Origin: the human T2T-CHM13v2.0 reference genome, Homo sapiens
DNA length: 64,000 nucleotides
Direction: 5' to 3' (one strand)
Assembly (NCBI RefSeq): GCF_009914755.1
Contig: NC_060926.1
Shown piece by piece: positions 13,040 through 29,717 of this stretch. The position numbers and the translations under genes were made by a program. Position 1 is the stretch's first letter; the number at the start of each line of letters is the position of its first letter. The notes below the pieces were generated by a model that made no database searches, was not told where the DNA came from, and saw only the letters and a program-made list of their open reading frames with translations.

Positions 13040-14052
13040 CTATGGTGGTCTTTAAATATGTTCACAAATTTTTTGATATTTACTCCCTCTTTTAGGCAGT
13101 AGTGTTTAGTTTCCCTCCTGTTGAGTATAGGCTGGACTTAATGACATGTTTGTAGCAAACAGAATAGACCAGAAATGACAGTGCATGATTTCAGAGAGCA
13201 GGTCACTAACATCAGCATAGCACCCTCACAGCATGCTCTCTCATGTGTGCCTGCTCTCCCTTTCTTTCAGATAATTTGCCCTGGGGGAAGATGATTTCTG
13301 TGTAGTAAGCTCACTTAGGCAGCCCCATGGAAAAGTATACATGCAAGAAACTTAGGCCTTCTCCTGAGAGCCCTGAGTGATCCTCCAGCCTCAGGTAAAT
13401 ATGCAGCCCTTACTGACACTCACAAGAAACCCTGAGTCAGAACTGAAGCAGGGCAGGTGAGCCCCCAAATTGGGACTTAGCCTGGGAGGGTTCTTGGCTT
13501 GCCCAGGAAAGAATTCAAGAGCCAGCCAGTCATGTTAAACAGGAGCTTTTACTGAAGCTGCCATGCACAGCAGCAGAGGTTCTGCTTCTTGTGGAGCAGG
13601 CCTACCCCGTGGGCAGTGTTCCCAGAACAGCAGCTCAGAAGCAATGCTGTGGTCAGATTTATACCCATTTTTAATTATATGCAAATAAGGGATGGTTTAT
13701 GCAGAAATATCTAGGAAAAGGGTGGCAACTTCTGGATTGTCAGGATCATTGCCATGAAAAGGAGTGGCGGTAACTTCTGGGAGTTGCCATGGCAATGGGA
13801 AAGTGACATGGCACAGTGGTGGGCATATCTTATGGAAAGCTGCTTCCACCTTCGACCTGTTTTAGCTAGTCCTCAATTTGGTCCAGTGTCCAAGCCCTGC
13901 CTCTGGAGTCCAGTCTTTCCTCCTACCTCAGAACCACCCAACCAAGCTGAGCCTACTTCCTTGACCAAAATAAATTTTGAGATAAAATATTTTTTGTTTT
14001 AAGCCAGTAAATTTTGGTGTATTTTATTAAACGACAATAGAAAACTAATATA
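13040..14052 (+). mobile_element. MLT1F/G-like MaLR LTR, interrupted by MER66
   Basis: ggctggacttaatgacatgtttg...aacagaatag; end aagccagtaaattttggtgta...aactaatata. Confidence 0.75.
13444..13930 (-). mobile_element. MER66B-like ERV1 solo LTR
   Basis: Reverse complement starts tgaggtaggagg...ggaccaaattgaggactagctaaaacagg; 4-bp TSD gaac (13440-13443; 13931-13934). Confidence 0.85.
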
Positions 14053-14829
14053 AACCATATGAAGAAGCAAAGCTGAGTTGCACTGGTAGGAACCATGAGC
14101 AAAGAGGAAGGGTGGTTCCCTTCTCCTGCCTGTAGCCTCTCCTCCCAGCACCCCCAGCACCAAGCACTGCTCTGCTTGCCTAGCAGAGTCTAACAAGTTA
14201 GATAGCAAAGCAGAATGCAATTTGCAGGACCTCACATTTCTAAAGACAGTAGCCTAATATAATAGCTAGTGCCGTCCACCTCTTTGTCCACCTAGCACTG
14301 ACACTTTGTGCACACATTGGAAATTACCCCAAATTCTATGATTATGCATAATGAGATACAGTGATCATTCACGCAATGTAAGACACTCTCACCCTCTTCT
14401 GATAATGAGGAGACAAGAAGTCTCAACCATCTGTCTTGCTGAACAAGCATACTGTCCCTCTCTGGCGTATGTTAATTACTGTTTAAATTCAGTCATAGTC
14501 CCATCTAAATATTATGTTACCCAAAAGATAAATTGTATAGGTAAGCTAGAACAAAGCTTGTAAAATACAATAAAGGAATGTGGGGAGAGATGAATACATA
14601 TTAATATGTACAGATGGACACACGTACACATGTAATCAACAAAGAAAATATACATGGATATTATAGTCCACATTTATGTAACTAGCCGTAAGGTTGTAGC
14701 TGATATTTGTAATTTCCCTTTCTTTTTATATTCATGCTTCCTTTACCCTCAGCTTAGACCTCAGATTATGCTATTAGTGGGATATAGAATAATTTTTATT
14801 TAACCCAATACCAAAAAGTTTTTTCTTAT

Positions 14830-15860
14830 GTTTTGTTTTAAAAATTGTACTATTTTAGATTTTACATTTACATCTGTGTTCTATTTTCATATTTTAAATT
14901 TTATTTTTAATGTTGTGGGAGCTGTAGAGGTCCTTTTGTGTGAGTGTAGAATTCCAATTTTTTTCAGTACCACTATTGAAGAGACTATCGTTTTTCCATT
15001 AAATTGTTTTTCATTGTAAAAAAATTGCCTGGCCAAGTATTTTGGGGTCCATTTTTAGATATGTTCTGTTCTGTTAATCTACATTTATTTTTTCATCAAT
15101 ACACACTGTTTTGATTACTGTAACATTATTATAAATCTTGAAACTTGGCAATATAAATCTTCCAATATTATTCTTTATTGAATACTCTAAAAGTTATTCT
15201 GATTCCCTTATCCTTTCATTACATTGTAGAATTAGCTGATCAATTTCTACAAAAATTCTGTTAGCTTTTGAATGAAATTGCATGGACTATATAAATTTGG
15301 AGAGAACTAACATTTTGCAAGAATTATCATCCAAACTACGAACACACTATATCCCTTATTTAGGTCTTCTTCTTCCTTTTTTTCTTCACTGTTAATCATT
15401 GTTAGTATACAGATCTGGCACATATATTTTATTAGATTTATACCTAAGAACCTCATAGTTTTGTTTCTATTATTAATAGGAATCTCTTAGAATTTCAATT
15501 TTCTATTTTCATTGCCATACAATTGTTTTTTGTTTGTGGATCTTGTATCTTATACCTTGCTAACATAATTTATTAGTTCTAATGCTTTTTTTCATATTCT
15601 TTGGGGTTAACTATATAAACAATCTTGTAGTCTGTAAATACAGGTTTATTTCTTCCTCTTCCCTCTGTATGGTTTCCTTTTTTAAATTTCCTATTCTTGT
15701 CATATTGCACTGGTTAGTTTGTCCAGTAATATGTTGAATAGTAGTGGTAAGAGTGGATAACCTTGCCTTTTTCTCTATTTAGGGGGAAAACATTCAATCT
15801 TTCATCTTTAGATGCTATGTAAACTGCAGATTGTTTAGTAGACAACTTTCACTAGGTAGT
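14830..15860 (-). mobile_element. Old L1M ORF2 fragment
   Basis: T-rich antisense ORF2 motifs (aatatgttgaatagtagtggtaagagtggataaccttg). Confidence 0.8.
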
Positions 15861-15861
15861 C

Positions 15862-16480
15862 AAAGTTTCTGGGGATAAATTTAATAAAAGGTGATCAATA
15901 CTTCTATACTGAAAACTATAACAGATTTCTTAAAAAAATAAAGAAGACCTAAAGAAAAGGAGAAATATACCATGTTCTTAGACCAAAAGACTCAGTGTTG
16001 CTGTATATTCTTGTTTTAATCTATACATTCAGTGAAAAGCCAACCAAAATTCCAGACACTTAATTTTTCTTGAGAAATTGAGGACCTCATTAAAATAATT
16101 TAGGGATATAAAAATAACTTAGATAATAAAATAAGGATATTAAAAAGATCATATAAGTTAATAAAAACCTAAATAATGCATCTAAAAATGGATGCATGAT
16201 AATGCTAGAAATAGGTAATAAAACTCTCAGGAGGAAAATTTCACCATAAAAAATAGGAAGTATGAAGGTTAGAATAAGTTAAAATAATTTCAATGTACTT
16301 TTTAAAAACATATGACTAAATGATGAAAGGAAGTCGTATACAAGATTAAGAACAAGCATTTTTTAAAACCAGGAACACTAAGTAAAAAATAAAAAATAAA
16401 TTCAATTAAAATTTGGAAAGTAGAATAGCTAAATAGAATAAGAAATAAAGTTAAATAACAAAACAGGTAAGATTTGAAGA
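15862..16480 (+). mobile_element. Old L1M ORF2 fragment, opposite orientation
   Basis: ggataaatttaataaaaggtgatcaatacttctatactgaaaactataac...aaagaagacctaaa. Confidence 0.7.
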
Positions 16481-17039
16481 GGAAATAAAGTCCAAGGTCA
16501 TTCAAGTAGCATAGAATTCTAAGATGTGAGCAGAGTAGGTGAATAGCCGAGTAGATCTCCCAAGGGCAGAACCAAGAAGGCTACTTCTTACCCTTAGCCC
16601 ACATTCTTAAGCTCTTGTCTGACCCACCTCTACGCTACAGGTTTGCGTTATACCAGCGGTCAGACAGAAGTCTGCATGTTATTCTTGGTCTGAACCAGAG
16701 TGACAGTCCTATATGTTTAAGTGTTGATATTATATATATATATATGTCTTTGTTAATCCCAAAATCTACTTTCTGTGAAAAAGCTTTAATTTCCAAATAT
16801 TTTCTTGCATTTATTTGAATGATGCAAGTACTCAAGCCTTGATACTGCTTTCTCTTCACTTCTTCCTAAAATACACCTGTCCATATGATTCACATCCCAT
16901 TCAGAAGTCAAATAACTAGGAATGGAAAAGGATAAATTATTTTCTGAAAGTCTCAAAGGATAAATTAGTCTCTTATAGAAATTTTATTACTAGAATGTGT
17001 GATTCTTGACTTTATTCCAAATTTCTTTCCTCCAAGTCA

Positions 17040-18050
17040 CGCCACTTTCATTTTTTTCTTTTACAAATTTATTAAATTATAAAATATCTATAGATTTGTG
17101 CATAACTATATGTTCAGTTCAATTGACCTTTACAATGTGAATATCTGTGTGTAACCAGAAACCCAGGTCAGGAAACACATTACAGCATCCTGTCACTCTC
17201 TCCATGGTACTCAGTGCTGTCCAGATTTAAGATGCGAGAGATTGGTTTTGCCTATTTGTCAACTTATAGATAAAACTTTATCATATGTCCTGTTTTGTGT
17301 CTGAATTTCTCCACTTAGTATTATTTTGTTTAATTTCTGTGATTGTTCTCAGTTAGACTTACTTCATTCTCATTTAAGTAGGGCCTATTATGAATATTTA
17401 ATTTATCAATTTTGTCGTCGATGGGCAGTTTATGTAGTTTACATTTTGGAGTTATTACAAATAGTGCTGTGCTGAATATTTTGGTACATGTGTTTTGGTA
17501 AAGATTGTACACATTCTGGTAAGAACATATTTTAGAGTAGAATCAATAAATCATTCAACATGCATATGTTCAGCTTTAGTAGATATTACCAAATAGTTTA
17601 GTTGATTTAGTTTAATTGGTTTGGTTGTACCAGTTTATACTCCTGCAGTGGTATATGAGTGTTCCGAGTACCACTCCACATCCTTAACACAATTGGTATT
17701 TTCCGCCTGTTAATTTCAGCCGTTAGGGTGGGTTTGTAATGGTATATTACAGTGTGGTCTTAATTTACATTTCCCTTGTAATTAATAATATTCAACACCT
17801 TTTTATATGTTTATTGGGCATTTGAAGCTTCTCTTTGTAAGGTACCTCTTCAGTTGTTTTGATCTTCATTCTGTGGAGTTCCCTGTCTCTGTTTTTGCAT
17901 TATAGAAATTTTTAAAAGTTATTTATTTTGGATATGGGCACTTTGTTAGAATTAGGCATTGTAAATATTTTCCCATGCCCTATGGATTACTCTAAATTTT
18001 TTTTTACACCAACAGAATTGCATAATTTAAAAATTATTTCTCACTCTGTA
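17040..18050 (-). mobile_element. L1ME-like 3' region
   Basis: ttttggagttattacaaatagtgctgtgctgaatatt and other antisense 3'-end motifs. Confidence 0.75.
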
Positions 18051-18052
18051 GT

Positions 18053-18780
18053 TGTCAAGAATAAATGTAGAATGCACTGGGAATACAATATTCTGAGATA
18101 GGGAACAATGACAGAATAGCCCAGGTGTATTAGTCCGTTTTCACACTGCTATGAAGAACTTCCCAAGACAGGGTAATCTATAAAGGAAAGAGGTTTAATT
18201 GACTCAAAGTTCAGCATGGTTGGGGAGGCCTTGGGAAACTTACGGTCATGGCAGAAGGAAAAGGGGAAGTAAGGCATCTTCTTCACATGGCAGTAGGGGA
18301 AACCGCTCCTTATAAAACCATCAGATCTCATGAAAACTAACTATCATGAGAACAGCATGGGGAAACCGCCTCCATGATTCAATTACCTATACCTGGTCTC
18401 TCCTTTGACACATGGGAATTATGGGGACTATAATTCAAGATGAGATTTGGGTGGGGACACAAAGCCTAACCATATCACCAGGCTGTTTTAGTGTCTCACT
18501 AGAAAAAGCATGCTTATTCCAGTGAGTCATGTAATGTAGGGTATGAAGCCCAGGGTGGGCTGCCTTTGGGGGTCACTCAGCTGGGGTGCAAGTGGCACAT
18601 GCCTCTGTTCACCCTAAGCAGCTTAACTGAGCCCTAGGGGGGTGAGCATGCATTGAATCCTACCTGGGCTTCTGTTGTCCCTTGCTGCTTGTCCTTAAGG
18701 AATAAATCTACTTCGTGTAACTCATTGTCTGAATCTGTTCAGACAAACTGGGAACTAGAGCACAGGGTACCTGCTTCACA
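18053..18780 (+). mobile_element. LTR47-like ERVL LTR, interrupted by THE1
   Basis: tgtcaag...ctgagatagggaa; cccagggtgggctgc; ggcttctgttgtcccttgctgc; end cctgcttcaca. Confidence 0.75.
18126..18477 (-). mobile_element. THE1D-like solo LTR
   Basis: tgtattagtcc...ccatatca with a perfect 5-bp TSD ccagg. Confidence 0.95.
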
Positions 18781-18784
18781 TTCA

Positions 18785-21255
<2,471 letters not shown>

Positions 21256-21719
21256 CCTGACCTAATGAGAATGAGGATCATCTTACAAAAAGCAAGATTA
21301 TTGATATCTTTCCTATGTAGAGTGTTATCTTCAGAGAATAATTGGATTGCATTTTTCTGCTGTCAGATTAAAAAAGACTAAAATTATGTAATCAAAGTCA
21401 CATAAAATACTCATATATGCGCATACTTTCCTTATATATATTATCATATATGTCAGATTACTTTCCTAATGTGAGTTGCAGAGTGCAATATCATTTTTCT
21501 AATATCTATACCTTTAATTATTAATAAAGGGGTACTAAGTATTTAATCACAAACTTTTAAACCCACACTTTCTCAGGCTTCTGTAATATTAGCTAATGTT
21601 TGTTGAATGGCAGTGTCTATTTTAAGGGTTTTATGTAAAATATATCACTGAGATGCCAATTTTTATATATGACTTTTAAATCCTCAGCTCAGTGGCTATG
21701 TCAATGATGGCAGGAAATC

Positions 21720-22230
21720 AGTTTAATCATTAAGGTACCAATAGTGTGCCAGGCATTTTGATAGAGCAGATAGATAAAATATAAACAGGGTCCTGATCCT
21801 TAAGGCATTCAGTTGTTTAGGAGGATAATTTTCTTAGTTTTTAAATACAGATTGGGCATTATGGAGTCAAGGAAGAGGGTCCCATATCCCAACCTAGTGT
21901 AGGAAAAAGAGACCGAAGTTTACTTTCTGAGATGATATCTGCCTAAAATTTTTAACAATGAATAAGAGTTAAGTAAGAAAGAGGGAGGAGGAGAGAACAA
22001 TGCAGACAGAAATAATAGTATGAGCAATGACTTATACTCGAAACTAACGATGTGAATATGGGGAATTACAATAGTTTAAAACAACTCAAGTGCCAATTGT
22101 TAGGTAGAGAGAAAGCACAAGTCAGGCTGGAGCCTACGGCAGGACCAAGTCATGGAGAATCATTGTTTATACACCATGATGGGGAGCTTGGACTTTGTCT
22201 TTTAGACTGCATGGAGTTATTAAAACATTT
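21720..22230 (-). mobile_element. L2 3' region
   Basis: tgtgccaggcatt..., gtcctgatccttaagg, ggagcttggacttt. Confidence 0.65.
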
Positions 22231-22253
22231 TAGCACTGCAGCTTTCCACACAC

Positions 22254-22431
22254 CAGTGATTCTCAATGTTAGCATGCAACAGAATCGCCTGGGGTGCTTG
22301 TTACAACACAGGTTGCTGGGTTTCACTTTCAGGGTTTCTGACTCAGTAGGTCTGTGAGAATTTGCATTTCTGACAAGTTCCCCAGTGATGCTGAGGCTCT
22401 GGTTTAAGGAATTGCACTTTGAGAACCATTG
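22254..22431. mobile_element. MER5A (hAT-Charlie MITE)
   Basis: TIRs cagtgattctcaa / ttgagaaccattg; internal tgactcagtaggtctg, gaatttgcatttctgacaagttcccca. Confidence 0.9.
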
Positions 22432-23069
22432 CCTGACAGAAAGGAAGCGATCCAGCAACAGCAGGGCCCTCACATCCGACTGCCGGGCTGCCATTCCTTA
22501 AGCGAGCCCAGCTGTGACCGTGTTAAATGTTTCATGGCCACTAACCATACTCCAAGTGAGAGCCTTTGTTCTCACCCTGACTGATCCTGTGTCAATTCCC
22601 ACCTTAACACCTGAGCTTTCAACATCCAGTGCATTATTCTACAATGTGATATTATTATACCTTTAGTGTGTCCCAGTATTTTAGTCTTATTTCTTACCTC
22701 CTTGTTGTGCATGATTTTACCACTGCTGGAATCCTGACCTTGGCTTCTTTTGAGTCTAGGGCATTCTTTCCTGGGAGTTATTGGAGCATTGTATAGTTCT
22801 TATACTTATCTGTGTTGAACACTAGGAAACTTGGAGTAGTGATATTTGTAGAGCCAGAAAGGACCTTACAACACATATTGTAAATTTTTCACGGTTTTCT
22901 CTAACCTGACTTTTGATGAGATAAACATTTCCTTTTACTCATTCCTCTATTTCTGTTTTTCATTTGTTGTTAGAATATATATTTCTGAGAAGAGAGCTCT
23001 GTCTAAACATATTTACCCTTTCTCCATTATTGTTGAGATACTTCCTATCAAGGACTTTGTTGTAAAGTC

Positions 23070-23280
23070 CATGTAGAATACAAAGTGAAATCAGAGCGTG
23101 TGTGTACTCATTAGCTGTGTGACTTTGAGGAAATTAGCTAACCTCCCTGGACTTCACATTTATTACTTCTCAAATGAGGGTAATGGTCCAGTACTTAATT
23201 TGAAAGATTATATGTAGGCAGCAAAAGTAAGGCACTTTGCTCAATGCCTGAAGCAGTATAGACCCTTAGCCTGTATTAAT
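23070..23280 (+). mobile_element. MIR
   Basis: ttagctgtgtgactttgaggaaattagctaacctccctgg core. Confidence 0.75.
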
Positions 23281-23417
23281 CTTCTGTTCCTTATTTTTCA
23301 AATATGATAGTAATGTTCCATTTGGAGATGGTTCTTACTGTCTCCAACTGTATGATATTGGGAAGGAAACTTTATTTTGAGGATAGTTTTAGTTTACAGG
23401 TATCTATTTCTAGGAGG

Positions 23418-23723
23418 TTTTTTTGTTTTTGTTTTTGTTTTTTGAGATGGTATCTTGCTCTGCCACTCAGGCTGGAGTGCAGTGGCACAATCTCAGCTCA
23501 CTGAAACCATCTCCCAGGTTCAAGTGATTCTCATGCCTCAGTCTCCAGAGTAGCTGTGGTTACAGGCACCTGCCACCATGCCTGGCTAATTTTTTGTATT
23601 TTTAGTAGAGATGGGGTTTTGCCATGTTGGCCATTCTGGTCTATAACTCCGGGTCTCAAGTGATCTACCTGTCTCAGCCTCCCAAAGTGCTGGGATTACA
23701 GGCATGAGCCACCGTGACTGGCC
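23418..23723 (-). mobile_element. Alu (old S or Jb)
   Basis: Full dimer, (TTTTTG)n tail, TSD tctaggag. Confidence 0.95.
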
Positions 23724-25089
23724 TCTAGGAGCTACTATTATTTAAAAAAATTCTTCCCATTTCTATGTCAAAGTGGGGGAATCCGAAATTTACAGAGGCC
23801 AGAGTGTGGATGGGCATGGGTTTCTCAAAGTCCTACAGCTCCAAATAGTGTTTAATGATTTTTCAAATTGTAGCTGCAAAGTTTGAGACAGTTTTTACAC
23901 GCTTTGATGTTTCTCTATATTTGGATTTTACTTTTAGAAAATTCACCTGCAGAATTCCTCTTTCCCTTCAAATGGGGACTGACCACACACACATACACAC
24001 CCCACAAAAAAACAAACCCAACTCCCAAAAATGAACTAAAAACTTATGGGAGCATTCCTGTTATATAAGAACATAAATTTAGGTCAACTTTGACTTTCTA
24101 GACCCTACGGGATAATTCTCCATGATTGGCTGCTTCTTGTAAAAGCTTCACATATACGTTTATTGATAAATGTGTTTGAGTTGTGTTAGAATGCAAATTC
24201 ATTGTCATATCAGCTTATGCAAGTTTTGTCACAGATAAAGCCAAGAAAATATATACATATATTTGCTTCTTGTATTATAATACACAAATGAACCAGTATC
24301 TCTGAATTACTTGATTTTATTTAGAGATAAGACACATTAGAGATAAATGATATACATTTTTTCCTTTAGTTGACAATTTCTGAGTAAAATTAATAATTGC
24401 CACATCTGGGATTTGAAGTCAATAACTATGAGAGCTGTGTTCAGTTGCTAGATAAGATAATAGTAAAGAGTAATTAGTATTAAAAGCAAAATTAATCTTT
24501 ATTGTGGTTTATATTATAATTTAGAACACCCTACATAGGCGCAAGAAGGCATGAAATTATCTGATCCTTGTAGATGTGTTAGGAGCATGGAGGTAATGTC
24601 TGGTTAGACTAACAGAGAACTGCCACGATGATCCTTCATTACCGTAATCCTGGGTTTTCATCAGACAGGTCCTGCTATAAGTTTATCTTCAGCAAGTAAT
24701 CAGTCCCTGCTAACATTGTAATCCCCTACAACCCTTCAGACTTTATTAGGCTTTTCTAAAACTAGGTCAAAATTAAAACTTCATGTAGCTATTGAAGGTC
24801 ATCAATTAAAAAATGTTGTGACCTTTGAGCTCACAGTCAAAATTTATGGAAAAATTAAAATTTAGAAGCTTCTTGCAGATCTTTCCAGATAATTACTTTG
24901 ATCTTAAGAAGATATCATCTGAAGCATTACCAAATATTTAAGACACACATACAAAATTATTGCATAATGATGCAACAATTTTTAAAATTATCATTATGAC
25001 AATCATTTTAAGAATACCTCTCTTTTTCTGCCTCCTGTAACACACTGATAGAGAAGTCATTTGTGCCAGCTCACATACTAAGGGAGGTA

Positions 25090-25270
25090 CACACCCTATT
25101 TCATCTTCACAACTACCTCTATGAAGTAGGGGACATTATTATCATCGTCATCAGAATCATTGTCATCATCATTGTCATCATTGTCATAGCTTGGATTTTA
25201 CCAATGAGAAAACTGAAGATTGAAAATAATTAAGTAAGTAGTCTAATCTCCCCCAAATGGTAAGCAGTTT
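25090..25270 (-). mobile_element. MIR with internal (ATC)n expansion
   Basis: tcttcacaactacctctatgaagtagg...ttttaccaatgagaaaactgaag. Confidence 0.75.
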
Positions 25271-25869
25271 TGTAAATGGAGTGTAAGAAAAACAAACAAA
25301 AGCACTCTGGTGACAAAATAATGTGGTGGTTTCTTCATGATTCAGCAAATATGAAAATGTGGTAATTACTTAAAAAGAAAGAAATAGAAGAATATTTGGG
25401 AAGCTGCTGAAATGAGGACAATTAGAAATGAGCATTTTTATTTTCTCTCTTTCTTAAATGGTGCATCAGATGCAGTATTCATTGCATTATTTTTCCCAAA
25501 CTGGAACATCTTTTTTTTAATCCTTTTGGTTTATTCACTTGTCACAAAGAAAGTTTTTAGGAAATACCATAATTTTCCTAACAGCTAGTAATGATTACTC
25601 TAGAGTGCTGGAGACTATGAATGATATTGAATCTTGCAGAACTAGTAAGGAAAGGGTGGTTCATCTGGTTAACCAGCAACAATATGCATTCTCAAAGATC
25701 TGGTAGAGTTAAAAAGCCAAAGGAAATGATGGGAGGAGCTTTCTAAATATTTTATTATTTTTTTCTTGGAGTATCAGTAAGTATTAATACATCACATTTT
25801 TCATCATGTTTCCAAATAAAGCTTTTTTTTAAAAAAAGTCTGCATTTATATTAGCAAACGAGTTTCCGT

Positions 25870-26080
25870 AGTGAAAAAAAATTAGCTTCAGAGTTAGAAT
25901 ACGCAGAAACTCCTTAGTTCTGGACCTGCCTAAAGCATACAGCCTTAGGCAAAGCACTTAACAGTTTTGAACTTTAGTTTCCCATATGTGAAGGGAAATA
26001 ATAATATACGCTCTCACATTTTTGTAAAGATCATACAATAGAGCATATGTTTGAATCTATTATAATATTTGAAACTTTAG
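25870..26080 (+). mobile_element. MIR
   Basis: ccttaggcaaagcacttaacag...tagtttcccatatgtgaa. Confidence 0.6.
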
Positions 26081-27819
26081 GTAGATACTAAATTAATGCT
26101 ATTTCTATTCCTTTCTATACACAACTTACTTGTCTCTGAGAAAGTACATTTTATTTGATATACAAGTGATTTTCAATTAAAATCATATATGATTTTTAAG
26201 AAATTATTTTTTGATGAAAAATTACTAGACTAGCTGGTAGGCAGGACTTAAATGATGAAAAATGTATACTGTAAATAATGGTTTAAATCTTTAAAGCTGA
26301 AGTGATCAGGGTCAAAAGTTATCCACAGAAAGAACGTATTGTGGTTTTACAAGTTATCAGGTACATTTATAAGGTACCTAATAAAATAATGCAATATTGA
26401 TACGTTATTTGAAGAGAAAAGGTAAATATGGACATCCATCAATTAATCATGGCCTAGATTCTGGTGGCAAAATTTTAATTGCCTTTTTTTTCCCTCACAC
26501 TGTCCCACTTAAAGGTTGATTATTAGTGTGTCTGACATTTGGAGCCTTTGTAGCTTTTCTGACTTTATCACTATAAAAGCCATTTCTGTTGTAACAGTTT
26601 ATTTTGTCACCCCTCATCAAAATACAAAATACTTTTTCTTTTCACAGGAGGAGATTTTCCTTTTGTGGTCCCAAATGCTGTTCTTTTAATAGAATCAGTA
26701 TTAACACTGTCAAGAGGCTTCAAGAGCCCAGCAGGATACATGAAAAGTGCCGCATGTGGTGGTCATTAAAAAGGAAAAAACACAAATCCAAGACTAAACC
26801 TGGAAAAGAAATAGTTTGTGAGCATAATTAAAAGCCATCTGAAACTAAATGAGACTTTAAAAAGAGTACCTGTGACAAAAAAAGTTTGAAAATTATTACA
26901 TATAACTAAAGAACTAGGTAGCTTCGAAATTTATAACCCAGTTCTCATAATTAACTTAGAAATACAGAAATGAATCTTTTACAATTGGTATGACAAGGGA
27001 AATAAGTTGTTAACATGCAGAAAGGAGTCCCAATCTTACAGAAAAGGGATGGTTGATTACAGGAATAATTAACTGGAAGTAAGTTTCTGTTCTTTAATGG
27101 ATCTGTTGTTTTCTTACATGATTTCCTGTATGATTTGGAGAATGAAATGAATTTCCTGATTTTAAGCCGAAACACTTTTGTGACAGCATTTTTGTGTGAA
27201 GCTTATGATCCACTCTTTAAATAAATTATTCTTGTTAAGTCACTGTTTGAATGTGCCAGTATGTGGTAAGCTCAGTAGTGTGAAGCTGATTCATACATGC
27301 TGCAAACATTGTTCTAGCACCTGGCTGCTTGCTGGTAAAAATTACTCTCTTCCTCTGAGGATTATAATAATCATCTTGGTTATAAGCATAACTAGTGAAT
27401 ATTCTCAATGTCTCTTCTTTTCAATTCTCCATAATCAATGATAATCACTGGATCCTGCCCAGCCTCATCATGGAAGGATAAAAAAATACTTAAAGGCAAC
27501 AGCAGATAGAAAAGTTATCCGAATGAGTCCTTTCAGAGCTTCCATTAAGGGGCAACTGATTGAGCCTAAAATACTGTAATCATCTCCAATTGTGTTGTAA
27601 ATTTGAAATTATTTTTTCCATGTATGACTTCAGGTTTACAGAATGCTAACTAAAGTTTATTTTATACTATTACTCAAATATCTGATTGATAGGACAAAAA
27701 GTCATCTAATGGTATCTCTGGATATTTAATTTATAACTTTTCTTAAGATTCGAGAATAAATATCACTTGTTCTCTTGCCAGCAACTGGAAAAGAGATTGC
27801 AACACTTCTTTCCAGTTTA

Positions 27820-28110
27820 TTGAGCTTCTACTTGATAGCAGACACCTTGGTAGGCCCAGAATATAGAAACGTGAATGAGCCATGATGCTTACGGAATGAA
27901 TTGATTAAAAAAATACTACAGCATGGTAGATGTCCCACAGGAGGGTGAGCAAGGCATTACGGGAATGCAAGAGACAAAGCACTGTGCATTTGTTGGAATT
28001 TGAAGGATGAATAGAAACTTCTCTGGCAGGTAGGTTGTAGTGAGGTGGAAAAGGTGTCTCAGACAGGGAAAAGAGCATGAATCGAATCAGCATTAGCGTA
28101 TGTAATAATC
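27820..28110 (-). mobile_element. L2 fragment
   Basis: tttattgagcttctacttgatagcagacac... Confidence 0.55.
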
Positions 28111-29140
28111 ACAGTGTATTTCACAAGACAGATGTCCAGCTCTAACTCAGTGAGGCGTTGTATAAGTAGTCATCTTGTGTTTACAGTGTGCAGAATATTA
28201 TACTGAAATATATATATCCAAAAGAGACAGTCCATAGACTGAAGAGAAAGTTATATTCGAATGAGAAAGATAAGACAATTCATTCAATTATTAGAAGATA
28301 TATCTGATTCTTATGCAGTGCCTTGAGTTTTCTTTCCTAAGTTTGTCCTCTTCCTTCCATACTCTGCTGCTGGTTTTTGAAGCAGCAGCATCTACTGACC
28401 AGGGGCAAAGGGTCAGTCTCTGTCTGTCAGTCAACTTGATTCTCTCCTACCCTGCCCGCCTCTCCATTGCCCTCCTGCCTCTCCTTGCACCTTCTCAAGG
28501 GTATCACCCTCTCCTGCCTTCCTCTATATATTCTATATGCTGCTCTCTTGGTCTGGAACATCCCCTCACTCATTTTACACCTTGAATATTGGCTTCTGTG
28601 GCATTTCCTGTAGGAGATGGGCTGCTATCATGTAGCCAGCACCCAGATAATAAACAAAACCGATGCTCTGGTCTGCCGCCGCCACCCTCTGCCCTCCTCC
28701 TGGCTTCTGATAGCATTAGTTAGCTTTTCTGTTTCTGAGCATCACAGAAATGGAATCCTACAGTATGTGTTCTTTTGTGTTTGGCTTCTATAGTGAACAT
28801 TATGTTAGTGATATTTGTCCATATTGTTGTGTATAGTTGTAGGTCATTTGTTTTAATTGCTGTATATATAAAATAGTCCATTAGGTAAACATCCTAACAA
28901 TTATTTTCCTATTTACTATTGATTGGCATTGAAATGTTTCCAGTCTATAACTATTAAAATTAGTAAACCTATAACCACTCTTCTGCCTGTCTTCTGGCAA
29001 TCAAATGTACACAATGCTGTTACTTAGATCTCAGTAGAATTGCTGAGTCATGGAATAGGAATATAGGCAGTTTGGCAGTTTTTTGTAAAGTTAATCCAAC
29101 GCTTCATTTAACCAAGCAATTCTGTTTCTAGATATTTACC

Positions 29141-29532
29141 TGTATTATAGTCTGTTCATGTACTGCTATTTATAGCAGTAATTTATATTAAAAAAGAGTC
29201 TTAATTGGCTCACAGGTTGTACAAGAAGCATGACAGCTTCTGAGGGGAGGCCTCAGGAAAACTTTCAATCATGGCAGAAGGCGAAGGAGAAGCAGGTGCA
29301 TCTTATATGGCTGGAGCTGGAGAAGAGAGATGGGGAAGGTGCCACACACTTTTAAACAACCAGATCTCACAAGAACTCACTATTACGAGAATAACACCAA
29401 AGGGGATGGTGTTAAACCATTCATGAGAAACCGTCACGTGATTCAATCATCTCCCACCACGCACTACCTCCAGCACTGGGGATTACAATTCCATATGAGA
29501 TTTGGGCGGGGACACAGATCCAAACCATATTA
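29141..29532 (-). mobile_element. MSTA-like solo LTR
   Basis: tgtatta...gggacacagatccaaaccatatta; TSD ttacc. Confidence 0.9.
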
Positions 29533-29717
29533 TTACCCAAGAGAAATGAAGACATATGTCCACACAAAGACCTGTTCACTTAAAAAATATCATTACTTTG
29601 TCTTCAGGCTTCTGATTTTTTTTTCTCTTGAGAAGTCCACTGTGATTCCTGCTGCTGCTCTTTTAAAGACCTTGTGTGCTTTTCCACTTGAAACTTTTAA
29701 GATTTTACTTTTGATTT

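Noticed and set aside
12440-14760. Possible ancient ERVL LTR/internal host element around the MER41-like and MLT1 insertions
   Set aside because: Looks repeat-derived, but I cannot support boundaries or family without a profile search.
14830-16480. Apparent twin-primed L1 inversion at ~15860
   Set aside because: The two pieces overlap in L1 coordinates, are highly diverged and show no TSD; more likely independent old insertions.
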